64,000 bases of DNA. Source: the human T2T-CHM13v2.0 reference genome, Homo sapiens. How positions within the stretch are numbered: position 1 is the stretch's first letter; every line of letters begins with the position of its first letter. Positions 45,601 to 58,501 of the stretch are shown here, piece after piece. The notes under the pieces are model-generated. The model was not told where the DNA came from and made no database searches. It saw nothing but the letters and a program-made list of their open reading frames with translations. A program made the position numbers and the translations under genes. The DNA is taken from NCBI RefSeq assembly GCF_009914755.1, contig NC_060932.1; one strand, 5' to 3'.

Positions 45601-47138
45601 AGGTTTTCAGCTCTTTTAGATCAGTCTGGTTCTTTCTTAAAATGGTCATTTCATCTTACAGCTCCTGTATGATTTTATTATATTCCTTAGATTCCTTGGA
45701 CTGGGTTTCTATTTTCTCCTGAATCTTGATGACCTTCATTTTAATCTATATTCTGTATTCTATATCTGTTATGTTAGCCATTTCAGCCTGTTTAAGAACC
45801 ATTCCTGGATATTAGTGCAGTCATTTAGAGGTAAGAAGACACCCTGGCTTTAAGAGTTACCAGAGTTCTAGTGCTGGTTCTTTTTCATCTGTGTAGGCTG
45901 GTATTTCTTCAGTGTTTGAAGTTGCTGTCCTGTGGATGGGTTTTTTTGCTTTTATCTTCTTTGATGACCTTGGGGTTTGATTGTGACATAAAATGGGTTC
46001 AGTCAGCTAGCTTCATCTCTGGAAGATTTTAGGTGGCCAACACTTGGCTCAGCACTCCTGGGCTAGGTGCTGTAGCTCTGGCAGGCTGGTACCAGGCCTC
46101 TGGCTTTGCTCTCTAGCCCCTTGGCATTAGAAACTTGTTGAGCTGGAAGGGCCAAAGTGTTCCCAGTCCTCTAGCTATGATACTCTGATGGGTGGTGCCA
46201 ACCAAAGTGGTTTGTTGGGATGGTGGTAGCAGGATCCATTCCTGCTCGTGTCAAGGTCCAACAGTCACCCTAAAGCTAAAGTCTCTTAGGAGAGCATGGT
46301 GAGTGTTGGGGGATTGGTGTCCCTGTTTGTGCTCCACTGCAGACACTCCTATACCAAACCCTCTGGGCCTCCACACCCTGCCCCTTCCACCACTCTAAGC
46401 AGCTCTCCTTGCCAAGTCAAGTGTCCATGGCAGTCATGGGGCCTCTTGCCACTAGGATTCCAGATGTCGATGGTGAGCACAGGCCACTCCTTGTCTATTC
46501 AACTCACCCATGATTTGCTGGGGGCTAGAAACCAGTCCTGGTGATCAGTAGCACAGTATAGGGTTCTCAGTTTCCTTCCCTTTCAGCCTAGCACCTGTGT
46601 CTTCCCTCTGCCTACTCTCAATGCCATCCCTCTGAAGATCTGCTCAGAGTGTGTCAGTCTTCCCAATGTCCCAGTCTCTTGGCAGAAGATGTTCCTCCTG
46701 GCCACATCTAGTTGGCTGTCTTGGGTCCCTCTCCTCTCCCAAGATTTCTTCTTTTATCACTTTTTTTCTGTTTAGAGTTTCCATGAATCATTCACTTAAG
46801 GTAGGTCAGCTGGCAACGAATTTTCTTAGCTTTCTTTCATTTCAGATTGTCTTGAGAGCCCTACAATCCTGAAGGATATATTTTGGAAATTATTTTTCTT
46901 AAGCACTTGAAAACTGTTCTGCTACTTCCTCTGACCTCCATGATTTCTGATGAGAAATTCACTGTCCCTAGAATTGATTTTCTTCTTAGGTAATGTGTTG
47001 TTTCTCTCTGAATTGATTTAGAAAAAAAAAATTTGGTCTTAATTTTCTGAAGTTTGACTACAAGATGTCTTGGCATGGATTTCTTTAGATTTATACTATT
47101 TTGGGGCTCAGTAAGCTTCTTGACACTATAGGTTTATG

Positions 47139-47144
<6 letters not shown>

Positions 47145-47192
<48 letters not shown>

Positions 47193-47438
47193 GGAGTCTC
47201 ACTCTGCTGCCTAGGCTGGAGTGCAGTGGCATGATCTTAGCTCACTGCAACCCTCAGCCTCCTGAGTAGCTGGGATTACATTTGTGTGCCACAGGGCCTG
47301 GCTAATTTTTTGTATTTTTAGTAGAGATAGGTTTTCCCATGTAGGTCAGGCTAGTCTCAAACTCCTGACCTCAGGTGGTATACCTGCCTCAGCCTCCCAA
47401 AGTGCTGGAATTACAGGCATGGGCCACCACACCTGGCC
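47145..47438 (-). mobile_element. AluS with an internal deletion and a T48 tract
   Basis: Perfect TSD aggtttatgtctttt at 47130-47144 and 47439-47453; T run 47141-47188. Confidence 0.92.
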
Positions 47439-48769
47439 AGGTTTATGTCTTTTGTCGAATTTGGAAACTTGCATCTATTATTTATTCTAATTCTTTTTAA
47501 CTCCATGTTCTCTGTTGTTTCTCTGTTTTTCACATATTTTAATTGTTACTGTTCTATCTTTAATTTCACTGAATTTTTTCCTTCTGTCTATTCTGCTGTT
47601 GAATCCATCTAGTGGATTTTGCATTTCAGTTATTGTATTCTTCTTTCTAAAATTTAAATTTGGTTCTTTTTATCTTCTTTTTTGCTGAGACTTTCTATTT
47701 TTTCATTTGTTTGAAGCATTTTCATAATTTCTCATTGAAACATTTTTATGATGGCTGCTTTTAAATCTTTGATCACCTAATGGCAGCATTGTTTTGGTTT
47801 TGCTATTTGTTGATTATCTTTTTTCATTCAGCTTAAGATCTTCCTGTTTGTATGATGAGTGATTGTCTGTTGAAACCTGGATATCCTGAGTATAATGTTA
47901 AAGACAGAATCATATTTTGATCTAGTGTTTTATTACGCTTCCTCTGACACCACTCCAGTGAGTGAAGTGGGCTGCTCCCCATTACTAATAGGTAGGGGCT
48001 GAAAGTCTATGTTTTCCACTTAGCCTCTAGCATCTGTGATGGGGAATGCCTCATTGCTACTCCCAGGCTGGATTGGAGCTTAGTCTCCCCACTAGTCCTT
48101 TGCCGATATGACTCTTTCAGGGAAGGGAAGAAATGCCTTGTTCCTGCTCTCCACCTGGCCTCCATGACACCATGGGGTTAGGGGTGGCCTCAGTACCATT
48201 AAGTGGTGGGGAAAACCTCTGCTAACACCACCCCAGTGAGGAGGGGCAGAACACCTCATTACTGCTGGATCACATGGTGCTCCCCACTGGCACCATGGCA
48301 GAAAGAGGGCTTGTTACTGCTCAAAAGGGGTGAAAGTCCTGGCTCCCCATTCAGCCTTTTCTGACACCACTCTGTGGGAGGCCAGAATGCCTCATTGCAG
48401 CCTTAGGAGGATAGAAGTGTAGGTTCCCCACAAGGCGTTTGCTGGTATGAGTATGGAGGGGCCGTACTTTTTTGGTTGTGTTTGGCTGGAGTAGAATAGA
48501 TATTGCCTAAAAGTTTTCTGTCTTGCTAGGTGATCACTTTCCTGTTCCTTTGACTAGAGGGACCAGGATTTTGAGGAAACTTTAAAAAAAAAATCTATCC
48601 CTATTGCCATTTCAGGGCTACTGGCTTCCCCAGTCTAGGATATATGAGGCCAAAAGAAAAGAAGCTCAGGGAACTCACTACAGCATTGTTTTTAAAGTCC
48701 CAAGGTCCCTAGCTGATCTGCCTTCTTCTCTCTGCCTTTTGGGGTCTCTTTATACCTATTTACTTGTTT

Positions 48770-49428
48770 ATTTTTTTAGTTTGATTTTTTAATTGACAAA
48801 ATTGTATATACCATATACAATCTGTTATTTTGAAATATGTATACATTGTAGAATGGCTATTGAGCTAATTAACATATATTATCTCACATAGTTATTTTTT
48901 GGGTGAGAACACTTAAAATCTACTTATTTCACTATTTTCAAGAGTACATTTTTATGAACTATTGTCGATATGGTCTACAATATAGCTCTTGAGCTTCCTC
49001 CTCTTATCTAACTAAAATTTTGTGTCCTTTAACCAACATCTCTCCATTTCCTTCACTCCCAGGGCCTGGTAACCACCATTCTACTTTCTGCTTTTGTGAG
49101 TTTGATTGTTTTGATTCCACATGTGAGTGAAATCATGTGGTATTTGTCTTTCTGTGCCTGGCTTATTTCACTTAACATAATGTCTTCCAGGTTCATCCAT
49201 GTTGTTCGGAATGACAGAATTTCCCCCATTTTAAAGGCTGAATATAGTATTCCACTAAGTGTATTACCACATTTTCTTTATTCATACATCTGATGGAGGA
49301 CATGTAAGTTGCTTCTGTGTCTTAGCTGTGGTGAATAATGCTGCAGTAAACATGGGAGTGCAGATCTCTCTTCGACATATTGATTATATTTTCTTTGGAT
49401 ATATATACCCAGTAGTGGGATTTTTGGA
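48770..49428 (-). mobile_element. L1MA-type 3' fragment nested in the ancient L1 5' UTR
   Basis: taattgacaaaattgtatata...gtgagaacacttaaaatctac; gtaaacatgggagtgcagat. Confidence 0.8.
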
Positions 49429-49794
49429 TCTTCTTATGTTTATTTTATATATAATGCCCCGGGATTTTAGTTGTACTGAGTGGGAAGAAGAGGGAATAGT
49501 CGTATGTCTACTCTATCATCTCCAGGGTCTTGGATTTGTATTTGCTAATTCTAGCAATCCTATCAAGTTGTCATGGAACTCTAGACTGTTCATATCTAGA
49601 ATTCTTATTTTTAAAAAAACTCTGATAAGTTCAGGCCACTATTTTAAGAGTGTCTATTATTCCTAATTGAATACCTTTCATAACTCATATATATGAGATA
49701 TATATAACTCATATAAATGCAAATATTGCCTAAATGTTACATATATGAGTTCTGAAGTGTACTAAATTAGTAATAACAGACACTCATATATTTA

Positions 49795-49917
49795 TTTATT
49801 TATTTATTTATTTATTTTTTTATTATTATACTTTAAGTTTTAGGGTACATGTGCACAATGTGCAGGTTAGTTACATATGTATACATGTGCCATGCTGGTG
49901 CGCTGCATACACTAACT
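49795..49917 (-). mobile_element. Very short young L1PA (PA3-like) 3' end
   Basis: tactttaagttttagggtacatgtgcacaatgtgcagg; (TTTA)n tail; TSD gaca(c/g)tcatatattta at 49779-49794 and 49918-49933. Confidence 0.9.
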
Positions 49918-50224
49918 GACAGTCATATATTTATACAAATATTGCATAGCACTTCAATAGAAGATTTTAAAGTAATTTATCTTTTTTGGCATGTCAACAA
50001 GCTCTTTTAGAATCCACATTAGGATATTGTAGTGAAAAAGTTTGAAAAGTACTGCATTAAGAGTTCCTTAAAACATTTATTTTAATTTTTAAACCCTAGC
50101 AAATATTGAAAAAGGTATATTATTTTATGTTTGACCCTTTGTAAATCAACATTAACTATTCCTAACATTTATGTTCACGTCTACTTTATTGAATTCTTTC
50201 TAAACAAGAGCCAGATATGGAGGG

Positions 50225-50365
50225 ATGTGCTTTTGCATTTTAGTTCATTTAATCCTTATAATTCTACCAGATAGTTATCCTCACTGTATGGGTGAAGTGT
50301 CTGAGATGTTAAGTGACTTGCTGGAGTGTTACAGCTAGAGTTAGAACTCAGATCTCTCTGATATC
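50225..50365 (-). mobile_element. MIR fragment
   Basis: tcatttaatcctta...tgagatgttaagtgacttgc...acagctagag. Confidence 0.6.
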
Positions 50366-51917
50366 AACCTGTGCCACATGCTTGACTACATTCTATTTCC
50401 TTCTGTGGGCAGAGACAAGCTCACATGTACTCGCTTCACCTTTTCTCACTAGCCCACCCTTTTTACCATGCTTGCTTATTCTGATGTTTTTATCCAATGT
50501 TCCCTATGAACTCTTTTCATGGAGCTTCTATTCTCTTGTACTTCTGGGCCACTGTATTCAATGAGAAGCTTTCTCCCTTATTAAGATGTTCTCCTACTCA
50601 GTTAAAGCTTTGTGGCAGTATTAATTAAATAGGCTTTAAATAATAAGTTATTTCGCGTTTGGGATTTCATATTGAAAAATAAAATACTTTCTTTTGTTCT
50701 TCATAAGAAAGTACCAACTCCTGAGTGTCAGGCTCAGACTCTCATGCATTTAATGCCTTTCCATAAGTGACTGAATATTGTTTACGAGAAAAAAGTAAAG
50801 AATGTCTAGTGGGTTATTTATAATCTAATTCAACTTAAGTGGCAGTTTCAATGATATCTGGGATACATCTAACCTAGCTTAGTTGTAAATTTGCTGCTCT
50901 ATTTAAATAATTTGAAATTCAGGATATTCTTTTCTCTTCTAATAATTAAGATCAAGGAAAAGTGGAAATGAGCAGCATGAAGTGGAGCTGGATGAAAAAT
51001 TTCTAATTCCAAAAGCACTGTCTTACCCAGTGAAAACTAACTTAGGTTTATACAGGAAGTAAGATTTGTTGAGCAGGGGGTGAACTGATTTGGGCTCTGA
51101 GATCTTTTACCAGAAATATGGTGTTTGGCAGGAATAAGCAGGCAGCTGTGCTCTGCTTTGAACCAGTCAAACCCAGGCTGAATCTGCCTACCCTAACACT
51201 CTCTAGCTCCTACAAGTTTCAGAAAGTCTCATTTTCCCCAACTAAACTGTGGATAGCAGTACTCAACTTGTGCTTGTGCAGATTAAATAAGATAAAATCT
51301 GTGAAGTATTTGCCACATTATTGTTGTGCGAAAAAATGCAATTATTATTATGAAGCTAATTTACCTGGATTATTTCCAGATTTCTGCCAAACTAGATTTT
51401 AGGTTCTCACTTTTTACATTGCATGCGTTTGTATCCCATCTATATTTTATCTGTAATAGTGTTGTGCTTAGTCAGTGGACTCACCTACTTTTGCATTGAT
51501 TAGGTCAAAGACTGGTGAAAACTGGGCACGCAGCATTGTGTTGAGGCACTTTTGTACAAATCGTCTGGGTTATACTCTATCCCTATACTTTTAGAATTGC
51601 CCAAAGAAAGGCACATTTAGTTAATTGAGGAAGTTGGGCTAAAATTTGAAAGTCTGGAAGGAGTAAAAGATTCTTTTTTTATGATTATTTACTTTCTTTT
51701 ATGTGTAGTTATTAAGAACCCTGGCCTCCTTAGTTACCATCTGCATGCCCTTGATCAAGATTTTTAAATTCTCCGTTTCTAGGGTTTTCATAAAGAAAAT
51801 GGAAACAATAATGGTCCAAACAGAGTAGAGCTGTCAGAAAGAAATCATGCATCAAAAATGCAGCTCAGTCCTTTAAACAGATTAGATGCTGATTTTCACA
51901 GTGTTGAAAATAGTTCT

Positions 51918-54445
51918 TATATATTTTTAATTTTTTTATTATACTTTAAGTTCTGGGATGCATGTGCAGAACATGCAGGTTTGTTACATAGGTATACATG
52001 TGCCATGGTGGTTTGCTGCACCCATCAACCCATCATCTACATTAGGTATTTCTCCTAATGCTATCCCTCCCCTAGCCCGCCACTCCGTGACAGGCCCCAG
52101 TGTGTGATGTTCCCCTCCCTCTGTCCATGTGTTCTCTCACCACTCCTATTCAACATAGTATTGGAAGTTCTGGCCAGGGCAATCAGGCAAGACAAAGAAA
52201 TAAAGCGTATTCAAACAGAAAGAGAGGAAGTCAAATTGTCTCTGTTTGGAGATAACATGATTGTATACTTAGATAACTTCATCGTCATAGCCCAAAAATT
52301 CCTTAACTGATAAGCAACGTCAGCAAAGTCTCAGGGTACAAAATCAATGTGCAAAAATCACAAGCATTCCTATACACCAGTGAGAGCCAAATCATGAGAG
52401 AACTCCCATTCACAATTGCTACAAAGAGAATAAAATACCTAGGAATACAACTTACAAGGGATGTGAAGGACCTCTTCAAGGAGAACTACAAACCACTGCT
52501 CAAGCAAACAAGAGAGGACACAAACAAATGGAAAAACATTCCATCCTCATGGATAGGAAGAATCAATACATGGCCATACTGCCCGGAGTAATGTATAAAT
52601 TCATTGCTATTCCCATCAAGCTACCATTGACTTTGCTCACAGAATTGGAAAAAACTACTTTAAATTTCATATGGAACCAAAAAAGGGCCCATATAGCCAA
52701 AAAAATCCTAAGTAAAAAGAAGGAAGCTGGAGGCATCACACTACCTGAATTCAAACTACACTACAAGGCTACAGTAATCAAAATGGCATGGTACTGGTAC
52801 CGAAACAGATATATAGACCAATAGAACAGAACAGAGACCTCAGAAATAACATACACATCTACAGATGTCTGATCTTCAACAAACCTAACAAAAACAAGCA
52901 ATGGGGAAAGGATTCCCTGTTTAATAAATGGTGTTGGGAAAACTGGCTAGCCATATGCAGAAAACTGAAACAGGACCCCTTCCTTACACATTATACAAAA
53001 ATTAACTCAATATGGATTAAAGACTTAAACATAAGACCTAAAACCATAAAAACCCTAGAAGAAAACCTAGGCAGTAGCATTCAGGACATAGGCATGGGCA
53101 AAGATTTCATGACTAAAATATCAAAAGCAGTTGCAACAAAAGCCAAAACAGACAAAAGGGATCTAATTAAACTAAAGAGCTTCTGCTCAGCAAAAGAAAC
53201 AATCATCAGAGTGAACAGGCAACCTATAGAATGGGAGAAAATTTTTGCAATCTTTCCATCTGACAAAGGGCTAAAATCCAGAATCTACAGGGACCTTAAA
53301 CAAATTTACAAGAAAAAAACAAACAACTCCATCAAAAAGTGGGTGAAGTATATGAATAAACACTTCTCAAAAGAAGACATTTATGTGGCCAACAAACATA
53401 CGAAAAAAAGCTCATCATCACTGGTCATTAGAGAAATGCAAATCAAAACCACAATGAGATACCATCTCATGCCAGTTAGAATGGTGATCATTAAAATCAT
53501 ACTACAATAAAGACACATCCACACATATGTTTATTGCAGCCCTATTCACAATAGCAAAGACTGGAACCAACCCAAATGTCCATCAGTGATAGACTACATT
53601 AAGAAAATGTGGCACATATACACCATGGAATACTATGCAGCCATAAAAAAGTATGAGTTCATGTCCTTTGCAGGGACATAGCTGAAGCTGGAAACCATCA
53701 TTCTCAGCAAACTATCGCAAGATCAGAAAACCAAACACCACATGTTCTCACTCATAAGTGATAGTTGAACAATGAGAACACAGGGACACAGGGATGGGAA
53801 TATCACACACTGGTGCCTGTTGTGGGGTGGAGGGCAAGGGGAAAGATTACATTAGGAGAAATACTTAATGTATGTGATGAGTTGATGGGTGCAGCAAACC
53901 ACCATGGCACGTGTATACCTATGTAACAAAACTGCAAGTTCTGCACATGTAACCCAGAACTTAAAGTATAATAATAACAAAAAAAATTCTGCTTAAAAGA
54001 TGAGCCACAATGACACACACACACACAAAAGTCACGAAACAACAGATGCTGGAGAGGATATGGAGAATTAGAATGCTTTTATAGTATTGGTGGGAGTGTA
54101 AATTAGTTCAACCATTGTAGGAGATAGTGTGGCAATTCCTCAAGGATCTGGAACCAGAAATACCATTTGACGCAGCAATCCCATTACTGGGTATATACCC
54201 AAAGGATTATAAATCATTCTACTATAAAGACACATGCACACGTATGTTTATTGCAGTGCTATTCACAATAGCAAAGACTTGGAACTAACCCAAATGCCCA
54301 TCAATGGTAGACTGGATAAAGAAAATGTGGCATGTATACAACATGGAATACTATGCAGCCATAAAAAAGAAGGAGTTCATGTCCTTTGCAGGGACATGGA
54401 TGAAGCTAGAAACCATCATTCTCAGCAAACTAACACAGAAACAAC
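51918..54445 (-). mobile_element. L1PA7-like insertion with 5' inversion (3' end 51918-52136 on minus; inverted ORF2 52137-54445 on plus)
   Basis: Orientation flips at gttctc|tcaccactcc; candidate TSD atagttct at 51910-51917 and 54446-54453, followed by aa (TTCT/AA EN site). Confidence 0.85.
53497..54026 (+). mobile_element. Second L1PA (PA6-like) 3' end plus 40 bp of non-L1 sequence, nested in the inverted segment
   Basis: Host L1 breaks at atcattaaaa and resumes at aaaagtcacgaaacaacag; the insert has its own 3' UTR and tail, ending 53986. Confidence 0.82.
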
Positions 54446-55189
54446 ATAGTTCTAACTCTCTGAGATAAAATAATAAAGAAATAGAGGAGACACAGGGGAA
54501 GGGGTCTGCTGAAGTTTTGCAAATTGGAAACAGAGAGATCAGGAACAGTGAGTTCAGCCAGTTCTTCCAGCAGGACATTAGCTGTTGCTGAATCCCATGG
54601 TCTGGGGCCCAGCTCTGAAGGCTCAGCAACTAGTTTTTTTCAGAACATTGGGTTTGATGAGACTCAGGAAGACCGACTCTCCTTCTAACCACCGATTTCT
54701 ATCAGATGGTGCTGACTTAAGGTCTCAATTTCTATTCTATTCAATGAAGTGAGCAAACTGGCTGTTTTAAAAAGAGTATTTAGTTATTTCTCTATTAGTT
54801 TCAGTTTTCTTGTAACACTGGAATTAGAAATATACATCTTCTCATATCATTATCCTTTTCTAATTTATCTAGCTATGATTTCAGAAATTCATTCTTATTA
54901 TATCATTTTTTTCTCACTCAAGCCCTATATCCCTATCTTCTCAACCCTTACTGTAGACTTAATCTTATTCTAAGTTATATCTAAGTCTACTGAAATAGAA
55001 GGCTGAGTCAAATTTGCCCCTCTGCAAATATAGGCCACATTGGTGCTAGATTAATTTTCTCTAAACATTCCTTTATCGTGTCATCTCCATACATATTCCT
55101 GCCTGTATTCTCTTCATCACATATAATCTCTTTTTTTTGGTTTTTGATGTCTCCCATAAAATGACCCCATATGCACAGTCAAACTTATT

Positions 55190-55610
55190 ATTCAATACTT
55201 TATTGTTTCTCAATAAATATTTATTGAATACTTTGTATATACTTGGATCTAGGGATAAAATGGTGAAAAATTTAGACATGTTTCCCTCCCTCAGGAAGCT
55301 CACAGTTTACGGGAAAGGCAGGTGATTAGAATCACACTGAAATGGGATCACTGCTGGATTAGTGACACACAAAATAATCACCAGGGCAGGTAACTTAGTT
55401 GAGTTCAGGAAAGACCACTAAGTTGAAATGAGCTCTGAGCTGGTGTTATAAGGGGAATATTTGTGGCTGCTTGAATATTTGTGGCTGCTTGAAGAGGGGA
55501 CCAGACAGTTCCAGGCAGAGGAACAGCACATGTGAAGGCCCTGGGGTGAACCTTCCCAGTGACCTGAAAGACTAGGGGTGTAAGCAGCACTAGATTGCAT
55601 AGGGCAGTAT
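55190..55610 (-). mobile_element. L2 fragment containing an 18-bp tandem duplication
   Basis: caataaatatttattgaata...ccctcaggaagctcacagt...ttccaggcagaggaacagcacatgtgaaggccc; gaatatttgtggctgctt x2 at 55455-55490. Confidence 0.7.
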
Positions 55611-56461
55611 TTTCACTGTCTGGGATGGCATTCTATTCATCTATCAGCACCACAGTATTTTTTCTCTCTCATACCATGGATCCCTTACACATTTAGCATA
55701 TGAAAGAGGAGAGGTTTCAAATGTTTGGTTGTATTTGACAAAGCTTTTTAGAAACTTTAAATGTTAATTTAAATCCAATTTTTTAACACTCTTTTCCCAT
55801 TTTCATAATATCTCACTTCATTCCTGACAAGTGAGATCATTTTCTACATTTCCTTGGGACTAAAAACTTGGCTTAAAAATCTCATGGAAATGCTATTTTC
55901 TTGAAATGGCCAAGTTCAAGAAGATGGTGAAATGGTGTTTTCCTCTCTAATTAAGTTGTTTTTATCTGTACAAAAACTGGTCCCAAAGACCTTGTACAGG
56001 TTCTCCTTCTTCTTCTCCTCAATAGGAAGATTGTTTGCAAATGGCATTTGATTTGCAAACTGCTACAGAAACCGTATGTGTAAATGCTTCCAAACCAAAA
56101 CTGAATCTTTTTCAGGGTTGAATTTAGATTTTTATTTTTATATTTTGCTCTTGAAATCTAATAAACTGGAAACAGCTAGCACAAGAAGATTACCCTGTTT
56201 AACAAAGCTTTTGATGGGGAAGGTTTCATGTCTTCTGGTTACAGAAGAGTCCTCTCTGGTGCTCACAGGTGTTAGTTAAAGTAATGAAAACAGATTTTAT
56301 TCAGTAATGGTAACCATAAGGGAAAGAGCTGAGCTCCATTTCAATCTGCAAATTGCACAAAGGGAACTGGGCTTTTTAAAGAGAGAATGAGGGAGTAGGG
56401 CAGGGCTCTGCAGAGTCATGGAAGTGAAAAAGTACAAAGCCTGGGTCCGTGGAAATGCTAT

Positions 56462-57132
56462 TGAGATGTGAGGCTGGGCTTCTAGGTCAGGTGGGGACTT
56501 GGAGAACTTTTCTGTCTAGCTAAAGGATTCTAAATGCACAAAGCAGTGCTCTGTGTTTAGCTAAAGGTTTGTAAATGCACCAATCAGTGCTTGGTAAAAA
56601 CAGGCCAATCAGCACTCTGTAAAACGGACTAATCAGCTCTCTGTAAAATGGACCAATCAGCAGGATGTCCGTGGGGCCAAATAAGGGATAAAAGCAGGCC
56701 ACCGGGGCCAGCGGCGGCAACCCACTTGGGTCCCGTTCCAGGATGTGGAAGCTTTGTTCTTTTGCTCTTCCTCAATAAATCTTGCTGCTGCTCACTCTTT
56801 GGGTCTGCACTACCTTTATGAGCTGTCACACTTACCGCGAAGGTCTGCAGCTTCACTCCTGATGCCAGGGAGACCACAAACCCACCGGGAGGAATGGACA
56901 ACTCTGGATGCGCCACCTTTAAGAGCTGTAACACTGCGAAGGTCTGTGGCTTCACTCCTGAAGCCAGCGAGACCACGAACCCACCAGAAGGAAGAAACTC
57001 CAAACACTGTCGAACATCTGAAGGAACAAACTCCCGACACACCATCTTTAAGAACTGTAACACTCACCGCGAGGGTCCGTGGCTTCATTCAGCAAGACCA
57101 AGAACCCACCAGAAGGAACCAATTCCGACACA
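56462..57132 (+). mobile_element. Solo LTR12 (ERV9) LTR
   Basis: TG...CA ends; repeated ccaatcagc units; aataaatcttgctgctgctcactc; repeated gcgaaggtctg..gcttcactcctga; 4-bp TSD ctat/ccat. Confidence 0.93.
56570..56700 (+). promoter_or_regulatory. LTR12 U3 promoter: CCAAT (NF-Y) cluster and TATA-like gataaaag
   Basis: ccaatcag at 56580, 56605 and 56653, ctaatcag at 56629, gataaaag at 56687; activity not shown. Confidence 0.6.
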
Positions 57133-58441
57133 CCATCAGACCAGCTGTGTCGGCTAGCTGGCAGTATGGAAGTTAGGATTTATCCTCCTGCAGACTGGGA
57201 GACCTAGGCCCTATCTGCCCTGATGATTACATCTTAAAGGAATGACTTCCAGGTCCTTGAGAAAGACACTGCTGAGGTGTGGGGGATGCATATTCACAAC
57301 TGTAATCCTCTTTTCATAAACACTCTAAGAAAAGCTGTCAGATGTCTATGTCAGGTGTTGGCTGGAACAAAGAGTAAATTCTTTGGACAGTGCTGAGCTT
57401 TTCTAGACCGGAACTCAAAAGGGAGCTGGGTCATCCGAGCGACATGACCTCATACTACTAGAAGCCATACTAGGGTTGGTTAAGTATCTTATTTGGATAA
57501 GTTGCTACATCAGTTCTCAATTTCTCCTGCAAGAACTCAACATTTAGCATAGATGTATGTAAAAGAAATCATTTTACAGTACTATAAATCTGAGATCCTT
57601 AGTTTTGAATTGCATGAATATCCTTTAGTTACTTTGATATTGTAAACAGTATTAAAATAAGCACAATTTGTAGTTTCCTGGCATATGTTTATTTGAATAT
57701 TTTTATAAAGTTTTAGAAGCACTTTGACCTCTGAACTCTGGGGGAAAATAGAATTAAAAAGTATGTTTCGCTCAACAAGTTTGGACTAAATTCAGTTATA
57801 TCTGCTTTCTATCAGTGATCAGAGTATTGACTTAAAAACGTAAGGGTTTATCTTTTTTCACAATTTTGTCAATGTCCAAAATTGAACTGATTCACTATTG
57901 CTTCATTATACTCTTTAAAACTATTCTTTGAAATCATTCTTCTGTCTCGTAATTTACATAAACTCAATAGATTTGTAAACTCTCTTTGATTAATTTTGTA
58001 GAAAATCAATCACCTCTGGACTTGGACCAGCCCTTAGCCTGATACCTCAAAATTATTTATTACTCAATTAAAAGATTCTGAAACAAATGTAAATGGCTCC
58101 AGAATTTTAAAATATGTTGATGATGATTATGACTCCCCATGAGGCAAGCTGTCAAAGGAATGACTGCCACCTACAATAACTTCTTCCTCAGGGGCATTTC
58201 AAATCACCAGGCTGAGATGCTGCATTTCACACACAGACTATTCCAAAGTGCAATGTTTGGAAAAGCGTTTCATTTTTAGACAGCCAGAGGTTCTACATCA
58301 CTTTCAGAAGAGCCATGTTTTAGGGCACTGTTAATGATCTTTAAAAGCCCATTTGCAATCACAGAAGACAACAAATGGCATTTATTTTGTAAATTAACAA
58401 GATGCTTTTACTGCTCAAGCATGCATGAATGTGCCTCTCTT

Positions 58442-58501
<60 letters not shown>
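58442..58501. repeat. Compound microsatellite (TC)10(TG)10(AG)10
   Basis: Read directly from the sequence. Confidence 0.95.

Larger units (their letters stand above)
56270..57510 (-). mobile_element. Older ERV1 LTR (MER31/MER90-group-like) split by LTR12
   Basis: cagattttattcagt...gaaagagctgagctcc and ccaggtccttgagaaagac motifs on either side of LTR12; family assignment tentative. Confidence 0.5.

Noticed and set aside
47940-48400. Imperfect spaced repeats (ctgacaccac...gtgag / cctcatt.ct) resembling a repeat-spacer array
   Set aside because: Lie in the 5' UTR of the ancient L1, where monomer-like repeats are normal; irregular spacing; eukaryotic context, not CRISPR
49680-49950. Recurring actcatata / aaatattgc motifs and small AT palindromes
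   Set aside because: Low-complexity AT sequence plus the L1 TSD; no regular period
56500-57120. Repeated units and several 87-144 aa ORFs
   Set aside because: Intrinsic U3/U5 tandem repeats of LTR12, not an array or gene
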